A stretch of DNA of 64,000 nucleotides from Octopus bimaculoides (GCF_001194135.2 NC_068981.1:127005340-127069339), one strand, 5' to 3'. Counted from the first letter of the stretch, positions 24,977 through 37,330 are shown. The notes: generated by a model not told the origin, from the sequence alone. Made by a program: numbers and translations.

Positions 24977-25360
24977 AGGCACAGGAGTGGCTGTGTGGTA
25001 AGTAGCTTGCTTACCAACCACATGGTTCCGGGTTCATTCTCACTTCATGGCACCTTGGGCAAGTGTCTTCTACTATAGCCTCGGGCCGACCAAAGCCTTG
25101 TGAGTGGATTTGGTAGACGGAAACTGAAAGAAGCCCGTCGTATATATGTATGTGTGGTATGTGTGTCTGTGTCCTCCTAACATCGCTTGACAACCGATGG
25201 TGGTGTGTTTAGGTCCCCGTAACTTAGCGGTTCGGCAAAAGAGACCGATTGAATAAGTACTAGGCAGCCAAAGAATAAGTCCTGGGGTCGATTTGCTTGA
25301 CTAAAAGGTGGTGCTCCAGCATGGCCGCAGTCAAATGGCTGAAATAAGTGAAAGAGTAAA
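24977..25360 (+). mobile_element. Family B SINE, full length
   Basis: Same head, CORE-like body and tail as 10302-10631. Confidence 0.88.
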
Positions 25361-27048
25361 GTGTATTCAAGAGTCAATGCTTAGCTCTACTTTCAGAGAG
25401 TTAAGCAAATAATAAATATATCTTCCATGTATATAAGAGGAGTCCATTTCAAATAATAATTCCAGATGACCTATTCCTGACAAGTGGGTCAACATGTGCA
25501 CAGCAATGTCACCTAAAGTGGACTGAAGATTCTAGCCATTATCATCAACATCAATTTTCAATGTCCATTTTTTCATCTGTCAAACTATGTGACCATTGCC
25601 AGTTTCATGTGCCAATATACCCTTCGAACTTTGGGCCTCACAGAGGCAGTGAAAAGTGACAGACCTTTGGCAACATACCATGCTTGAGTTGTAGCCAATG
25701 CCGGTGTTTCTTAACTGGCACACATGCTGGTGGCACATAAAAAGCACCCACTACGCCAACATGGAAAGCAGGTGCTAAATGATGATGATGATGGCATGTG
25801 TTAGATGAAACTTTCTGAAAGTAGATTTCTGACAGCCAGATGCTCTTCCCGTCACCAAACCTTACCTGTTTTCCAAGTTAGATATTTTCCTACCACTGAA
25901 CCTCACATATTAAAGCAACAAAGCCACTGAAACTACAGGGTGCCTGCTTACTAGAGAATGTAAATAAAAGACTCTTTTGCTCAAATGGTGTTAATGAGGA
26001 AACATGGGAACATTCACATGCACATAAACATATCCACATGCATGCATGTGCGTAACAGGTTTCTTTTCAGTTTCCATCTGCCAATTCTATTCACAAGGTA
26101 TAGGTCAGCTCAAAGCTGACATGGATGACACTGACCTGAGATGTAATGCAGGAGGATTGAACCCAAGACCACATGGTTACAAAGCAAACTCTGCAACCAT
26201 ACAACCATACAAGTTACTATATATTTTACTCACACGCCAATGCTAATACTAAAATTTACTTCAGTTATTAGCGACAGAAGTAGCCTTTGTCATGAATGCT
26301 AATTAGGCAGTTCAAACTAATTTGATGTTGTTTTGAATGCTATAGATGACAAATGCTAAAAAGATTTCATCAGTACCAGCAGGTAGCATGACTGTATTAC
26401 GTAATTTCACAAGATGATTTCTTGGGAAATTTACTGTAGTCTACAGCGTTCAAGACAATACATCCATGATAGGTGGGACATGCTCATTACTCATGATCAT
26501 CATCATTTAGCATCAACTTTCCATGCTGTCATGGGCTAGATGGTTTGGTTGGAACTGATAAGCTGGAGAGCTGCAAAAGGCTCCAGTCTGTTTTGGCTCA
26601 GTTTCTACGGATGGAAGCCCTAATGCCAACCATTCCATAGAGTGTACTGGATGTCTTACACATGTCACCAGCACAGGTACCTTTTATGAGTCACTGGCAC
26701 AGGTGCCTTTTTTACATTACCAATATGGGTGCCTTTTATACATCACCAGCGCAGGTGGGCTTCAGTCAGATTTTTGTGACTGTTTAGCCAGTGTTAAAAT
26801 ATAACAATTCAACTGATTTTTGATATGGTACTCTGTGTTGCTGATGAACTGTAAGCTATGGTGAAATCACATGACACATCATTATCATCCACAAGTACTG
26901 ACAAAGTTTCATCAACCAATATAATCTATGCTTTTTAACATTCGTCATTTACACAAGATCATTTCTTGGGACATTTACCACAGTTTATAGCATTCTAGAC
27001 AACACATCTGAGTTAGGTTAGATGTGCTAATTATTACTTACTATAATT

Positions 27049-27220
27049 AAGGCAGTGAGCTGGCAGAATCCTTAACACATCAAGCAAAATGCTTAGCAGC
27101 ATTTCGTCTGTCCTTATGCTCTGAGTTAAAATTTTGCCAAGGTCAACTTTACCTTTCATCCTTTTCGGGGGTCAGTAAAATAAGTACCAGTCAAGCACTG
27201 GGGGTTGATGTAATTGATTT
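27049..27220 (+). mobile_element. tRNA-headed SINE (family D)
   Basis: taaggcagtgagctggcagaatc...gagttaaaattttgccaaggtcaactttacctttcatcc...aagtaccagtc. Related copies at about 38095-38345 (+), 43925-44120 (-), 53695-53885 (-) and 63370-63572 (-). Confidence 0.75.
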
Positions 27221-27800
27221 ACAAGGTGGTATCAAAAAGTTCCCAGGCTAGTTCTGTAGCACACCAAAAGATGGCAACACATGGTTGTGTGCACAGTGAG
27301 AGCTAGCAATGGCCTTCATGGGACAGTGCACCAAGTGACATCGCTGTGCTTGCTTCTCAAGTTTTTAAATTTGTGTTTTGTGATCATGTGTATGCTGTAG
27401 TCTGCGATTTTGTCAGAGACAGGAAGTTGGAACAAAGAGCCAATGTGAAATTTTGCATTAATCTTAGCAAGTCTGCTACATAGACATTGAGCATGCTTCA
27501 GCAAGCTTATGGCAAAAATGCAATGGCTCATATGTAATGTTTTGAGTGGGACAGGCACTTTAAGAGCCAAAGAGCATCTCTGGAAGATAATAATCTGAAA
27601 GACCTGCAACGAGCATCACTCCTGGAAATGTGGAGAAAATTCATCAGCTTGTGCATGAGGATCATCAGAGAGCAATCAATGACATTGCTGAGGTAGTTGA
27701 TCTGTCGTATGGGTCAGTAAATGCAATCCTAATATCTGTATTGAACATGCAGATAGACAGACGATCTTCACAAAAGTTTTGTAAAGAGAGTTGAATATGC
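27219..27800 (+). mobile_element. Mariner (Mos1/SETMAR-like) transposon 5' remnant, abutting a SINE
   Basis: TIR-like start tACAAGGTGGTATCAAAAAGTTCC; about 27415-27750 encodes RKLEQRANVKFCINLSKSAT...MLQQAYGK...CFEW...EKIHQLVHED...INDIAEVVDLSYGSVNAIL (mariner N-terminal HTH). Confidence 0.8.
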
Positions 27801-28693
27801 TTTGCTGAGGAGATCTAATACCAGTGAAACATGTCTGTTGCTTTCACCAGTCGGCTTTAGTAACAAAATGTATTGCCATCTGCATTCGGGATCACATGTA
27901 AAATCAAGTCACATGAAGCAAACTTAACCACAGCCATAACTGTGCCTGCCATATAAACATTGTAAAATAATTTATTATAATGTTTTACCACTTCTACCAA
28001 CTCACTATGCTATTTAATTTTACAATAAAAATAAAGTGAAATAAAATTTAAAAAGACAGCATAAGTCCACTACCAACCAACTGAATAGCAAAAGTCTGAA
28101 ATTCAAGGAAACTAGTGATTGTCTGTGTTGGTGACAATTAGTCTGCAGGCGAGTTCTTGAAAGAGTTTGATAATTTCAATTGCTGTAAGGAATAAATTCC
28201 CAGATGAAACCATTCTGGAATTTACTTCAACTTAATCTGAGAAAGAGTCAATGAGGAAGTCTCTATGCCAGCCAGTAAAGGAACCTTTACACAATCACAG
28301 CTTTTAGAAATAAGAAATCATCATCATCATTATTAAACATGTTTTCCATACTGGTATGGTTGTATGATTTAACAAGAGATGGTAAGCCAGAGGATTGTGC
28401 CAAGCTCCAATGTCTGCTTTGGCATGGTTTCAACCGCTGGAACATTTCCTAATGCCAACCACTTTACAGAGTGTATGATGTTTTTTTACATAGCATTAGC
28501 ACTAGGAAATCTACTTCAAATTACATGCCCATCTTAAAGAAAGGAAAAGAAAAGGAGAGGATGGTCACAGTTGGATAACCTTTGCTCATAAGTCTGCACA
28601 ATCAGGCCTGACCTGGAGCTCAACAACAACTACTTACCTGATCCTACAAACACACACATATATACATTCATGCAGTAAAACTATCTTGCTTAC

Positions 28694-29006
28694 TTTTTTT
28701 CCTCTTTGTGTTCTTCTATTTTCTGTTCCACAACTAACTTCTGTTCTATGTCCATATCTTCATCCTCTTTCTCCACCTCAGGTGGCCTGCGACCAGGACA
28801 TTTCCATTTAAGAACTGGTAAGCCACCATTGTCCAGTTTCTCAAACATTTCAGCAACTTGATCCGGATAAGGGATCCAGAGGCCCTGGAAGACATTATTT
28901 GCATTGTATTTCTCATCGTCACTCACATCAACATCAATAATGTCTTCTTCGTCCTCTACACGAGAACTCATTTTCCTCACCATCTGGGAAGATTTGGGGG
29001 AATTAG
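28694..29006 (-). CDS. PAGR1: PAGR1/PA1 exon encoding the N-terminal conserved region; first in-exon ATG at 28983 (MVRKMSSRVEDEE)
   Basis: Polypyrimidine acceptor ttattctttttAG (exon starts 29006) and donor AA|GTAAGC at 28693 (phase 2). Encodes GLWIPYPDQVAEMFEKLDNGGLPVLKWKCPGRRPPEVEKEDED, matching the PAGR1 W-x-P-x-P...L...RRPP acidic core. Confidence 0.85.
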
Positions 29007-29247
29007 CTAAAAAGAATAAAAAGAAAAAGAAAATAAACAATAGTAAAATTCTAAGAGGACATTTCTGTGTATTTAAAACATTCATTTTGTTTCTTTTTAC
29101 ATTTAACAAATTAGTTTTAAGGTTAAGAATGTTGGAATACTATATTCACATTCTTCGCAGAGCATTGTGATCTGCCTTAAGGCAAAGCATGTAACTCAGC
29201 TTGCCTCAATTTGTTACTCTTAATTCACTGACAATAAGTTAGCGAAT

Positions 29248-29565
29248 CATCATCATCATCATCGTCATTTAACGTCCGCTTTCCATGCTAGCATGGGTTG
29301 GACGATTTAACAGAGGACTGGTGAAACCAGATGGCTACACCAGGCTCCAATCTGATTTGGCAGAGTTTCTACAGCTGGATGCCCTTCCTAACGCCAACTA
29401 CTCCGAGAGTGTAGTGGGTGCTTTTACGTGCCACCGGCCCGAAGGCCAGTCAGGCGGTACTGGCAATGGCCATGCTCAAAATGGTGTATTTTACGTGCCA
29501 CCTGCACAGGAACCAGTTCGGCAGCACTGGCAATGATCTCACTCGAATGTCTTTACACGTGCCAG
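29248..29565 (-). mobile_element. Family C retroposon
   Basis: Near-identical to 37361-37660. Confidence 0.88.
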
Positions 29566-30204
29566 AAAAAGATATCCACTACAAAAATAATTTCATCAAT
29601 GATATACAAATAATATTCAAATAAGAATAAAATATTCCATTCCCACTTTAGTATAGATCAACAAAGGTAAAATTCAGTGCAAAAAAAAAGAAAAGAAAAA
29701 AAATCTTAAATCTTTTTTATCATCTATCTTTTATTTGTTTCAGTTATTGGACAGCAGCCATACAAGGACACCACCTTTCAAGGCAGTTTTTAGTCAATCA
29801 GTCTCTTTTGTGAAACTGATAAATTACAGGGACATAAACAAACCAACACCATTTATCTATCAGTTGGGGGACAGACAACAAAGACAGACATACATAGGTA
29901 TGTACATACACACTCACAGATATGTACACATGCACACATATATATATTATATGACAGGCTTTTTCAGATTCCATCTAGCAAATCCATACGCAAGACCTTG
30001 GTTGGCTAGGAGCTACAGTAGAAAAAACTTGCACTGAACCTATGTATGTTGAAAAATTCTATAAATTCAAACATTTGTTCAGTTGTTTGGATATTACTTA
30101 TAGCTTGGATATAGGACTGATAATGGCAGCTAGATTATAAATAAATACAAAAAAGAAAAGAAAAGAAAAACATACTACAAGACACATTCCTGCTTGTGAG
30201 ATAT

Positions 30205-30434
30205 TGTTACGATCAGACAAATTAATAATGTAAGAAAAAGGGGTAAACTTCTGATTGTAACAACAAAGTGTTCAAACAGGGAAGTAAATGTTCATATATG
30301 GAGATTGGTCTAGGGGTATGATTTTCGCTTGGGTTGCGAGAGGTCCCGGGTTCGTATCCCGGACGAGCCCCCAATTTGTTACGATCAGACAAATTAATAA
30401 TGTAAGAAAAAGGGGTAAACTTCTGATCGTAACA
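30205..30434 (-). mobile_element. Micro LTR retroelement (TRIM-like): 58-bp LTRs, tRNA-Pro PBS, 4-bp TSD
   Basis: LTRs at 30205-30262 and 30377-30434 are 57/58 identical, begin TG, end CA and have 13-bp inverted termini. ATAT flanks both sides (30201-30204 and 30435-30438). On the - strand the LTR is followed by a 3-nt spacer and TGGGGGCTCGTCCGGGAT, the canonical 18-nt tRNA-Pro PBS. Confidence 0.85.
30305..30373 (+). pseudogene. Reverse-transcribed copy of mature tRNA-Pro (nt ~7 to the 3' CCA) inside the micro-LTR element
   Basis: ttggtctaggggtatgattttcgcttgggttgcgagaggtcccgggttcgtatcccggacgagcccCCA. It lacks the first ~6 nt of the acceptor stem, carries CCA, reads GGG at the anticodon, and has T at the normally conserved G37 and A58. 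Confidence 0.9.
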
Positions 30435-31198
30435 ATATTTTAACCATGCCTAATACTGCCTTGATCCAATCACCTCTTTCTTGAGAAGGAACATTTGTAT
30501 AGAAATTAGTTCAAAGCAAATTCAAAGTTATTCCCTGTTTTCCAAAATTTGCACCCAAAAGAAAACCTGTTCAGTAGCTAGAGAATATAATACTAAAACC
30601 AGAACTTGATAGCTGACAGAATAGTCAATTACTACAGCAGGTATGGCTATGTGAATAAGACATATAATTTCACAATCATATTGTTCTCATCAAGCTTTTC
30701 AATTTTGCATTAGAATGAACTCTCAAAATCATTTTCAAAGACCTACTGGAAATCTAATTTCTAATCTATGATATAGAAATGGGCCAAAGTGCTAGAAAGT
30801 CATAGTGAAAACAAATTTCTTTATGGTGTTTAGCTACAAACTAGATCTGATCAAACAGATGTCCTAGTTGTGACCATCCAATTTTTTGCGTGTCAAGGAT
30901 TACACAGTTGAATGTATCATTCAATACTGAAATCTATGGAGATATGAAGGGAGAATTGACTGCTATTTCTACCAAATCAAATGCCTGCATAAAGGCTCCC
31001 TTGTTGGCTACTACAGATAGTAAAAATAAAGTTGTCATTAGTAAATCTTTAAACAAAGTTTGGCAAGTAAACTTTCAAACTACCTGAGTATTCTAGGTCA
31101 ACCGTTACATAGCAATAAACCCAAGGTTGGGAGCTACTAATAAAATGACTTGGAAATACTACACTGCAGATCCATGCCATAACATAAAAAAACGATGA

Positions 31199-31638
31199 TT
31201 TAACTCTTTAGCATTTTAACCAGCCATATCTGCCCAAATAATCTGGTCTTGTGTTCAAACTTCCCTGATCTGTATCTCACTCTTACCTAAAATGTCATTC
31301 TAAAAAGTGTAATCACATCATCGAAATTTTGAAACGATAAAATGATACATGATTAACTCAAAACAATGTGGATAAATAAGAATTATATTTGATAGAATAA
31401 TATGAATTTAGAAGGGTTAACTTTTTAGCATTTGGATTTCTGTCAAATGTAATGCTTATTTATTCAGTTTTGAATTTACCCTGCATTATCTTGTAGCCTT
31501 GAGATTTCATGATGTGATTATTTATTTCTTAGACTGACATTATAGTGTAGGTGTGAGAGGCTGAACCTGGCCAGTTTGAACATAAAACAGGTAGAATATT
31601 TTGGCTGGATATGGCCAGTTTAAATGCAAAAGGGTTAA
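31199..31638. mobile_element. Two piggyBac-type (TTAA) MITE copies in inverted orientation sharing a central TTAA
   Basis: TTAA at 31199, 31417 and 31635; ends C(C/T)(C/T)TTTAGCATT...AATGCAAAAGGG. Copy 31199-31420 is the reverse complement of copy 31417-31638. Confidence 0.75.
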
Positions 31639-33728
31639 ACAATGATAATAATGACCAACAGACATACCAACTAAATATTCCTTCAAAAAATGTCAACTAT
31701 CTTTAAATCTCAAGATGAACTGTTTGACAGCTAAACTATTAAAGTAAAGTCACACAATTAAAGCTTAATGCTACTATCTTCAATGTGAGAATCACATCTT
31801 TTAAACTCCTAACCCTATTTGCTAATGAGCTAAGACATATTTCAGGTATCCTATCTAAAACTTTTGATTAATTAGTTTTAATTACTAGAGTTGGCACCAA
31901 GATTGAAGGTCATCATTTAATTTATATACATTTTGTTGTATCTTGGGAGACACTGGTTCAATTTCACTTCTTTATTTGTCAATTGATTAGCTACTTAACC
32001 AATAAACTAATTGATTGTTTGATTAAATATTTGATTAATCAATCAATCAAGCTGTGTTAGCCAAAGTCCATTTGTCACCATTCATGACTTCCTGAATGAC
32101 ATGCCCTGTCTACTCCCTGTCAAGCTTCTGCATACGATTCTGAAATCTTTTTAAATGTTGCAGAAATCTTTATCTTTTGGAAAAATAATTGCTAAGACCA
32201 TGCATTATTTTTGTAGTCTTAATACTTAACTCAAAATGCATTACAGAAAAAACAGGATGGCTACTGTTAAAAAAGAAAAAAAAATAGTTAATGCAATAGT
32301 TGTATTCAAAGCTATGAATCTTGGTAATTTAATTTTTATCACAAACATTTTATACTGAAATTTTAACTGTTTCCCACATTGGAACATCTAGTTATCTTTA
32401 ATGATGACTTGTGCAGCGACTTGCTCAAAGTGGAAAAGTGTTGCACATCATCAACCTCTCTCTCTCTCTCATCACTGATCATCTTCAATCCAGTGGCAAG
32501 ACCAGGTCAAGATAGCAGAGAATGGAGATAGGAGCAGTAGATGACCACGATGTCTTATATGCCCCATCTGGCTCTCTGTACTGCAGCCGCTTTCCTCTCT
32601 GTTGAACCATGAAGGTTTCTTCCACAGTCTGCTGGATCTAGTCTTCACATGCATAAGTAGGAAAGTGACTAAAAACCGAACACTACAGGAGGGATGATTC
32701 AGTTTCAAAAACTGACTATGATCATTAATGTCACTCACAGAGCTAAAAGCCTCCTCAGATAAGACATGATTGTTACTTCCCATTTTCCATTCCTTATAAA
32801 TCTGAATTAATGAACAAATTGGAAGAAGTGGTAAAGAGATGAAGGATATCAAGGGTGTGTGTGTGTGTGTGTGCACACGCACACACACACGTGTATACAA
32901 TCACTCAGCATGTTTTGTGCTAAAATTCTGTTCAGCCAAAAGTGACTTGAGTATTCAATAGCAACCTATAGAAGGCATGTTGATCCACTATGTATAAAAT
33001 AAGGAGTCAACAATGGATTCTGCACAATGGTTACAGTTGTCAGATAAATTTAATCATCACGTTCAGGGCAAAAAAAAAAAGCAACACTAAAGAATAATGT
33101 CACATAACCCATCAGATCATTTGAACTCACTTGTTGACCTTGTAGTCAGCATTGTATCCAAGGCCAGGTTTGCAGTCAATCAAGCTCCACTTATCAGAGA
33201 ATTTGAGCACAGAATTAAGAAACTAATAGTGTGTAATGAAATCATTGAGAATTAGGAAAAAGCTAATATTGTTAGGTACCAAGAATGTTATTTACAATTA
33301 GATTAGTCTAACAAAAGAGAAATCTTTTTATCAGAGTTATAATATGGCACCAACAGTGGAATAACCAGCAAATCTTCAACAGGTAGGCTAACATCTTATC
33401 AACTATACTAGGCTGAGATGCACATTATGAATGATGAGGATAAAGAGACCGAAATTGTCAGTCTGACAAAGCCTTGATTAGCTTGCTTCTGTTGAGGACA
33501 CCACCAGAATTGACATCAGACAGAAGTAGACAAAAGGAAGCATATAACTAGACTGTCACACAACATGTCAACGTGATCTTCAGTCAGGTAGCAGAGGTCT
33601 AATATATGAGATCACAATTCTGTGAATTGCATCTAGTTGTCTGACTAACTCGCCCATTTTAGATCTGTTTAAAACTGACCATGAGTTTCATAACATTAAT
33701 ATTTCATATAGATAATCCAAAGAATGCA

Positions 33729-33939
33729 TTAACCCTTAAGCAACCAGATTATTCTGTCAAATGCAATGCTTATTCACATTGCTTTGATTTAATCCTATAT
33801 TATCTTATAGCTTTGAGATTTAAATGATGTGATGGTTTATTTTTAGAATGACATTGTAAGAGAAGTGTGAGAGGTCAGATCTGGTCAATTTGAACCCAAA
33901 ACAGGCCAGATATGGCCAATTTAAATACTAGAGGGTTAA
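33729..33939 (+). mobile_element. piggyBac-type TTAA MITE, same family as 31.2-31.6 kb
   Basis: TTAACCCTTAAGCA...TACTAGAGGGTTAA; the internal sequence aligns by eye with 31417-31638. Confidence 0.75.
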
Positions 33940-33964
33940 ACAGATTTTTTTCATATTGAAAAGT

Positions 33965-34792
33965 ACCATAAAAACCCATTTGCGCACCTGTGTAATTTAC
34001 GCAGGTGATTTTCAGGATAAAATTTGTTAAAAAAAGCTTCTACTCATGTAAAATTTACACCCAAAAGTTTTCAGAATTGCTGATATGGCCAGGTGTAAAA
34101 GTTTTCAACTTAGCTGTATTTAGCATAATTTAACTTACTTAAGATTAGATTTTATTAAATTTTCTTTAAATAAAAACAATTTCTGTTTAACAGGTATCAC
34201 ATTAAAAGCTATTAAATTACGAAGTGTTTGTGTTGTTTATAATAAACTTTATTTTACATTTCTTGCCCACAAGAGATTATGTCCGATCTTTAGCATACTG
34301 TTGTATATCTTCTCAAATCACGATCACAGGAAAAGTTGTTGATAAGAATTATCAACAAAAACAAAGCTGATAATCAAACTGATTGTGTAAACAGAATTCT
34401 GATCAGTCGAATGCATCTTCTTGTCTCAAGCTCCGATTTTCTGCCTATTCTTCTCAGAACCTTTGATACATCAAACGCCAAAAAGTAGAAAAGTAGTTAA
34501 CCATTTAATGGGTTTAGTAAATTTATACAGAAAAAGTAAGCATTATACCGTCCAGCATAAATAAAAATCAACTTCATTATATTTAAACCCTTATTTTTTG
34601 CTGTAAAAACCTATTCTGACATTAAATGAGTCAACTTCCAGTATGAATGTTTATGTATGTCTTTTTTCAACAAAAAAAATTTCTAAAAAAATTCTGTAAA
34701 TGATCTACTCATGTAATTTACACACCCCTAAAGTTTATTTTTATTGTTTGCGAAAAAAAAGTGCATAAATTACATGAGTTTTTTACCATAGT
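33965..34792. mobile_element. Probable non-autonomous pogo/Tc1-type DNA transposon
   Basis: TACCATAAAAACCC...GTGTAATTTACGCA start, repeated CTACTCATGTAA(A)TTTACAC submotif near both ends and an AAATTACATGAGTTTTTT end. Termini are degenerate. Confidence 0.45.
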
Positions 34793-34889
34793 TAAAAAAG
34801 GAACAGAATTTACAATCTGCTTTGAACATGAATGTGAGAGCTAAGATTTGAGTTTAAGCATGTTTGTTTGAGAAGGGTTACTGTATACC

Positions 34890-35805
34890 GGAGGCGCAAT
34901 GGCCCAGTGGTTAGGGCAGTGGACTCACGGTTTCGATTCCCAGACCGGGCATTGTGAGTGTTTATTGAGAGAAAACACCTAAAGCTCCACGAGGCTCCGG
35001 CAGGGGATGGTGGCGAACCCTGCTGTACTCTTCCACCACAACTTTCTCTCACTCTTACTTCCTGTTTCTGTTGTGCCTGTAATTCAAGGCAGTGGACTCG
35101 CGGTTTCGATTCCCAGATCGGGCATTGTGAGTGTTTATTGAGAGAAAACACCTAAAGCTCCACGAGGCTCCAGCAGGGGATGGTGGCGAACCCTGCTGTA
35201 CAACTTTCTCTCACTCTTACTTCCTGTTTCTGTTGTGCCTGTAATTCAANNNNNNNNNNNNNNNNNNNNNNNNNNNNNNNNNNNNNNNNNNNNNNNNNNN
35301 NNNNNNNNNNNNNNNNNNNNNNNNNNNNNNNNNNNNNNNNNNNNNNNNNNNNNNNNNNNNNNNNNNNNNNNNNNNNNNNNNNNNNNNNNNNNNNNNNNNN
35401 NNNNNNNNNNNNNNNNNNNNNNNNNNNNNNNNNNNNNNNNNNNNNNCGGAGGCGCAATGGCCCAGTGGTTAGGGCAGTGGACTCACGGTTTCGATTCCCA
35501 GACCGGGCATTGTGAGTGTTTATTGAGAGAAAACACCTAAAGCTCCACGAGGCTCCAGCAGGGGATGGTGGCGAACCCTGCTGTACAACTTTCTCTCACT
35601 CTTACTTCCTGTTTCTGTTGTGCCTGTAATTCAAAGGATCAGTCTTGTCACACTGTGTCACGCTGAATATCTCCGAGAACTACGTTAAGGGTACACATGT
35701 CTGTGGAGTGCTCAGCCACTTGCATGTTAATTTCACAAGCAGGCTGTTCCGTTGATCGGATCGACTGGAACCCACAACATCGTAAGCGACGGAGTGCCAA
35801 CAAAC
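34890..35805 (+). mobile_element. Family A SINE with tandemly reiterated 5' segment (spans an N gap), 10-bp TSD
   Basis: At least three ~160-200-bp head/body units precede one 3' end; ACTGTATACC at 34880-34889 and 35806-35815. Confidence 0.8.
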
Positions 35806-36899
35806 ACTGTATACCATTCAGTACAACCAATAAAATTTATAGAGTGAAGACACACAAGGGTACATCCATACAATTGCTCAATCTGCTAAAAGTAACAGCC
35901 AAACTACCTTCAAATCACAATATACCAACTTACAAAAGGAAGAACAGATTAGACAATGTAATCCCTGATATACAAAAAGTTGCCATGATATATGGAAGAA
36001 ATGTTTTTCAACATGAGTCTGCTTGGTCAGGTTTTGACCAGAAGGATCAGCAGTAATCTTTAGGTTTTAAAAGCACCATTCAAGCGTTGGACCTCATGGA
36101 GGCAGTGACAGGTGATCAAGACCTTTAGCAATATATCAAGCTTATGTAGATCTGTCAAGCCAAGTGATATCGTAGTCATGGTCGATGCTGGTGTCATGCC
36201 AGTGGTACGTAAAAAGCACCTACAACACTCTTGGAGTGGTTGGCATTAGGAAAGGCATCTGGCCGTAGAAACCTTGCCAATTCAGATTGGAGCCTGTGCA
36301 GCTCCCTGGCTTACCAGTTTCCAGTCAAACTGTCCAAACTATGCTGGCATGGAAAACAGATATTAAATGATGATGATGATATATCTAGAAGTGGGTGGAG
36401 CTGAATTATCAATTTAAGACAGAAAAAGATTTATGAAAACACTTCAAGAATACCTTTTTTCTTTTATTATTAAATGTACAAGACCTTTGTGAAATGTGGC
36501 TACAGAAAAGACAAAGACTTTTTCACTTATAGTGATAGCAACTGAACTCTCAATGAATATATACTTGCTAAAATCCCCTATATTGTGTCCAAGAAGAATT
36601 TTCTAGTAGTGGTGACCACAATAGATACAACCTAATCTTTCGTTCAATTTTAGGTTCATAAATTTAAAGCACTGCTCAATCAAAATCTTATTTTCCCCTT
36701 GTAAACCTTATATCAGATACAAAGGGATCTTCCAGTTTAAAGGGATCTAGAATGAAGCTACTCTTCACAAGTACACATATTGTTGATAAGGGTAGAGGAA
36801 AACCAAAGTGGTAGTTTATACAAATGCCAAATCAGAGATAAGATGCTATATGATCGAAGCACTACAAACAATATCTTACTGAACCAGTGGGCCTAATTT

Positions 36900-37330
36900 A
36901 TCATCATTTAGCATGTTTTTCGATGCTTGCACAGATCTTCTCAACAGTGTTTTTTCCCTTGTTGTAGCTTTGTCATCTTCAGATTTAGCATCCCTAAGAA
37001 TTCTTCACACCTTACTTTTCCACAGGTTTCTTTAACTTAGCACTTCTTTTCCTAACATTCACCCTCCATATGTATCACATGTTCACACCAGTGCAGTCTT
37101 CTCTCTAGCATGCAACAACTGATTCTTCTTGTTGCAAACTTCTCTTTTAGTTCATGTGATCATTCATACATGCAGATTAATATATCCAGCAGAGTCTACT
37201 TGCTCTATTCATATTCACATCTTTTGCATTCAGTGCTCATGATTCACTATTATACAAAATCACATTTTGTACACAAGTAACATATAATCTGCCCTTCACT
37301 TTTTTATATTTCATTTTTACTCTGGCTACT
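36900..37330 (-). mobile_element. Old RTE-type LINE 3' remnant
   Basis: Minus-strand KVKGRLYVTCVQNVILYSES*ALNAKD resembles the RTE KGRLY..CV...MLYGSETW segment; heavily decayed. Confidence 0.5.

Noticed and set aside
30305-30373. Functional tRNA-Pro(GGG) gene
   Set aside because: The 5' acceptor strand is missing, conserved G37 and invariant A58 (B box) are altered, CCA is encoded, there is no poly-T terminator, and it sits between LTRs.
30205-30434. CRISPR-like repeat-spacer-repeat
   Set aside because: Eukaryotic context, only two repeats, no cas genes; TG...CA ends, TSD and PBS explain it as an LTR element.
32472-32900. 142-aa minus-strand ORF as a possible PAGR1 exon or nested gene
   Set aside because: It starts in a (CA)n tract, has no homology, and looks like the decayed 3' end of a retroelement.
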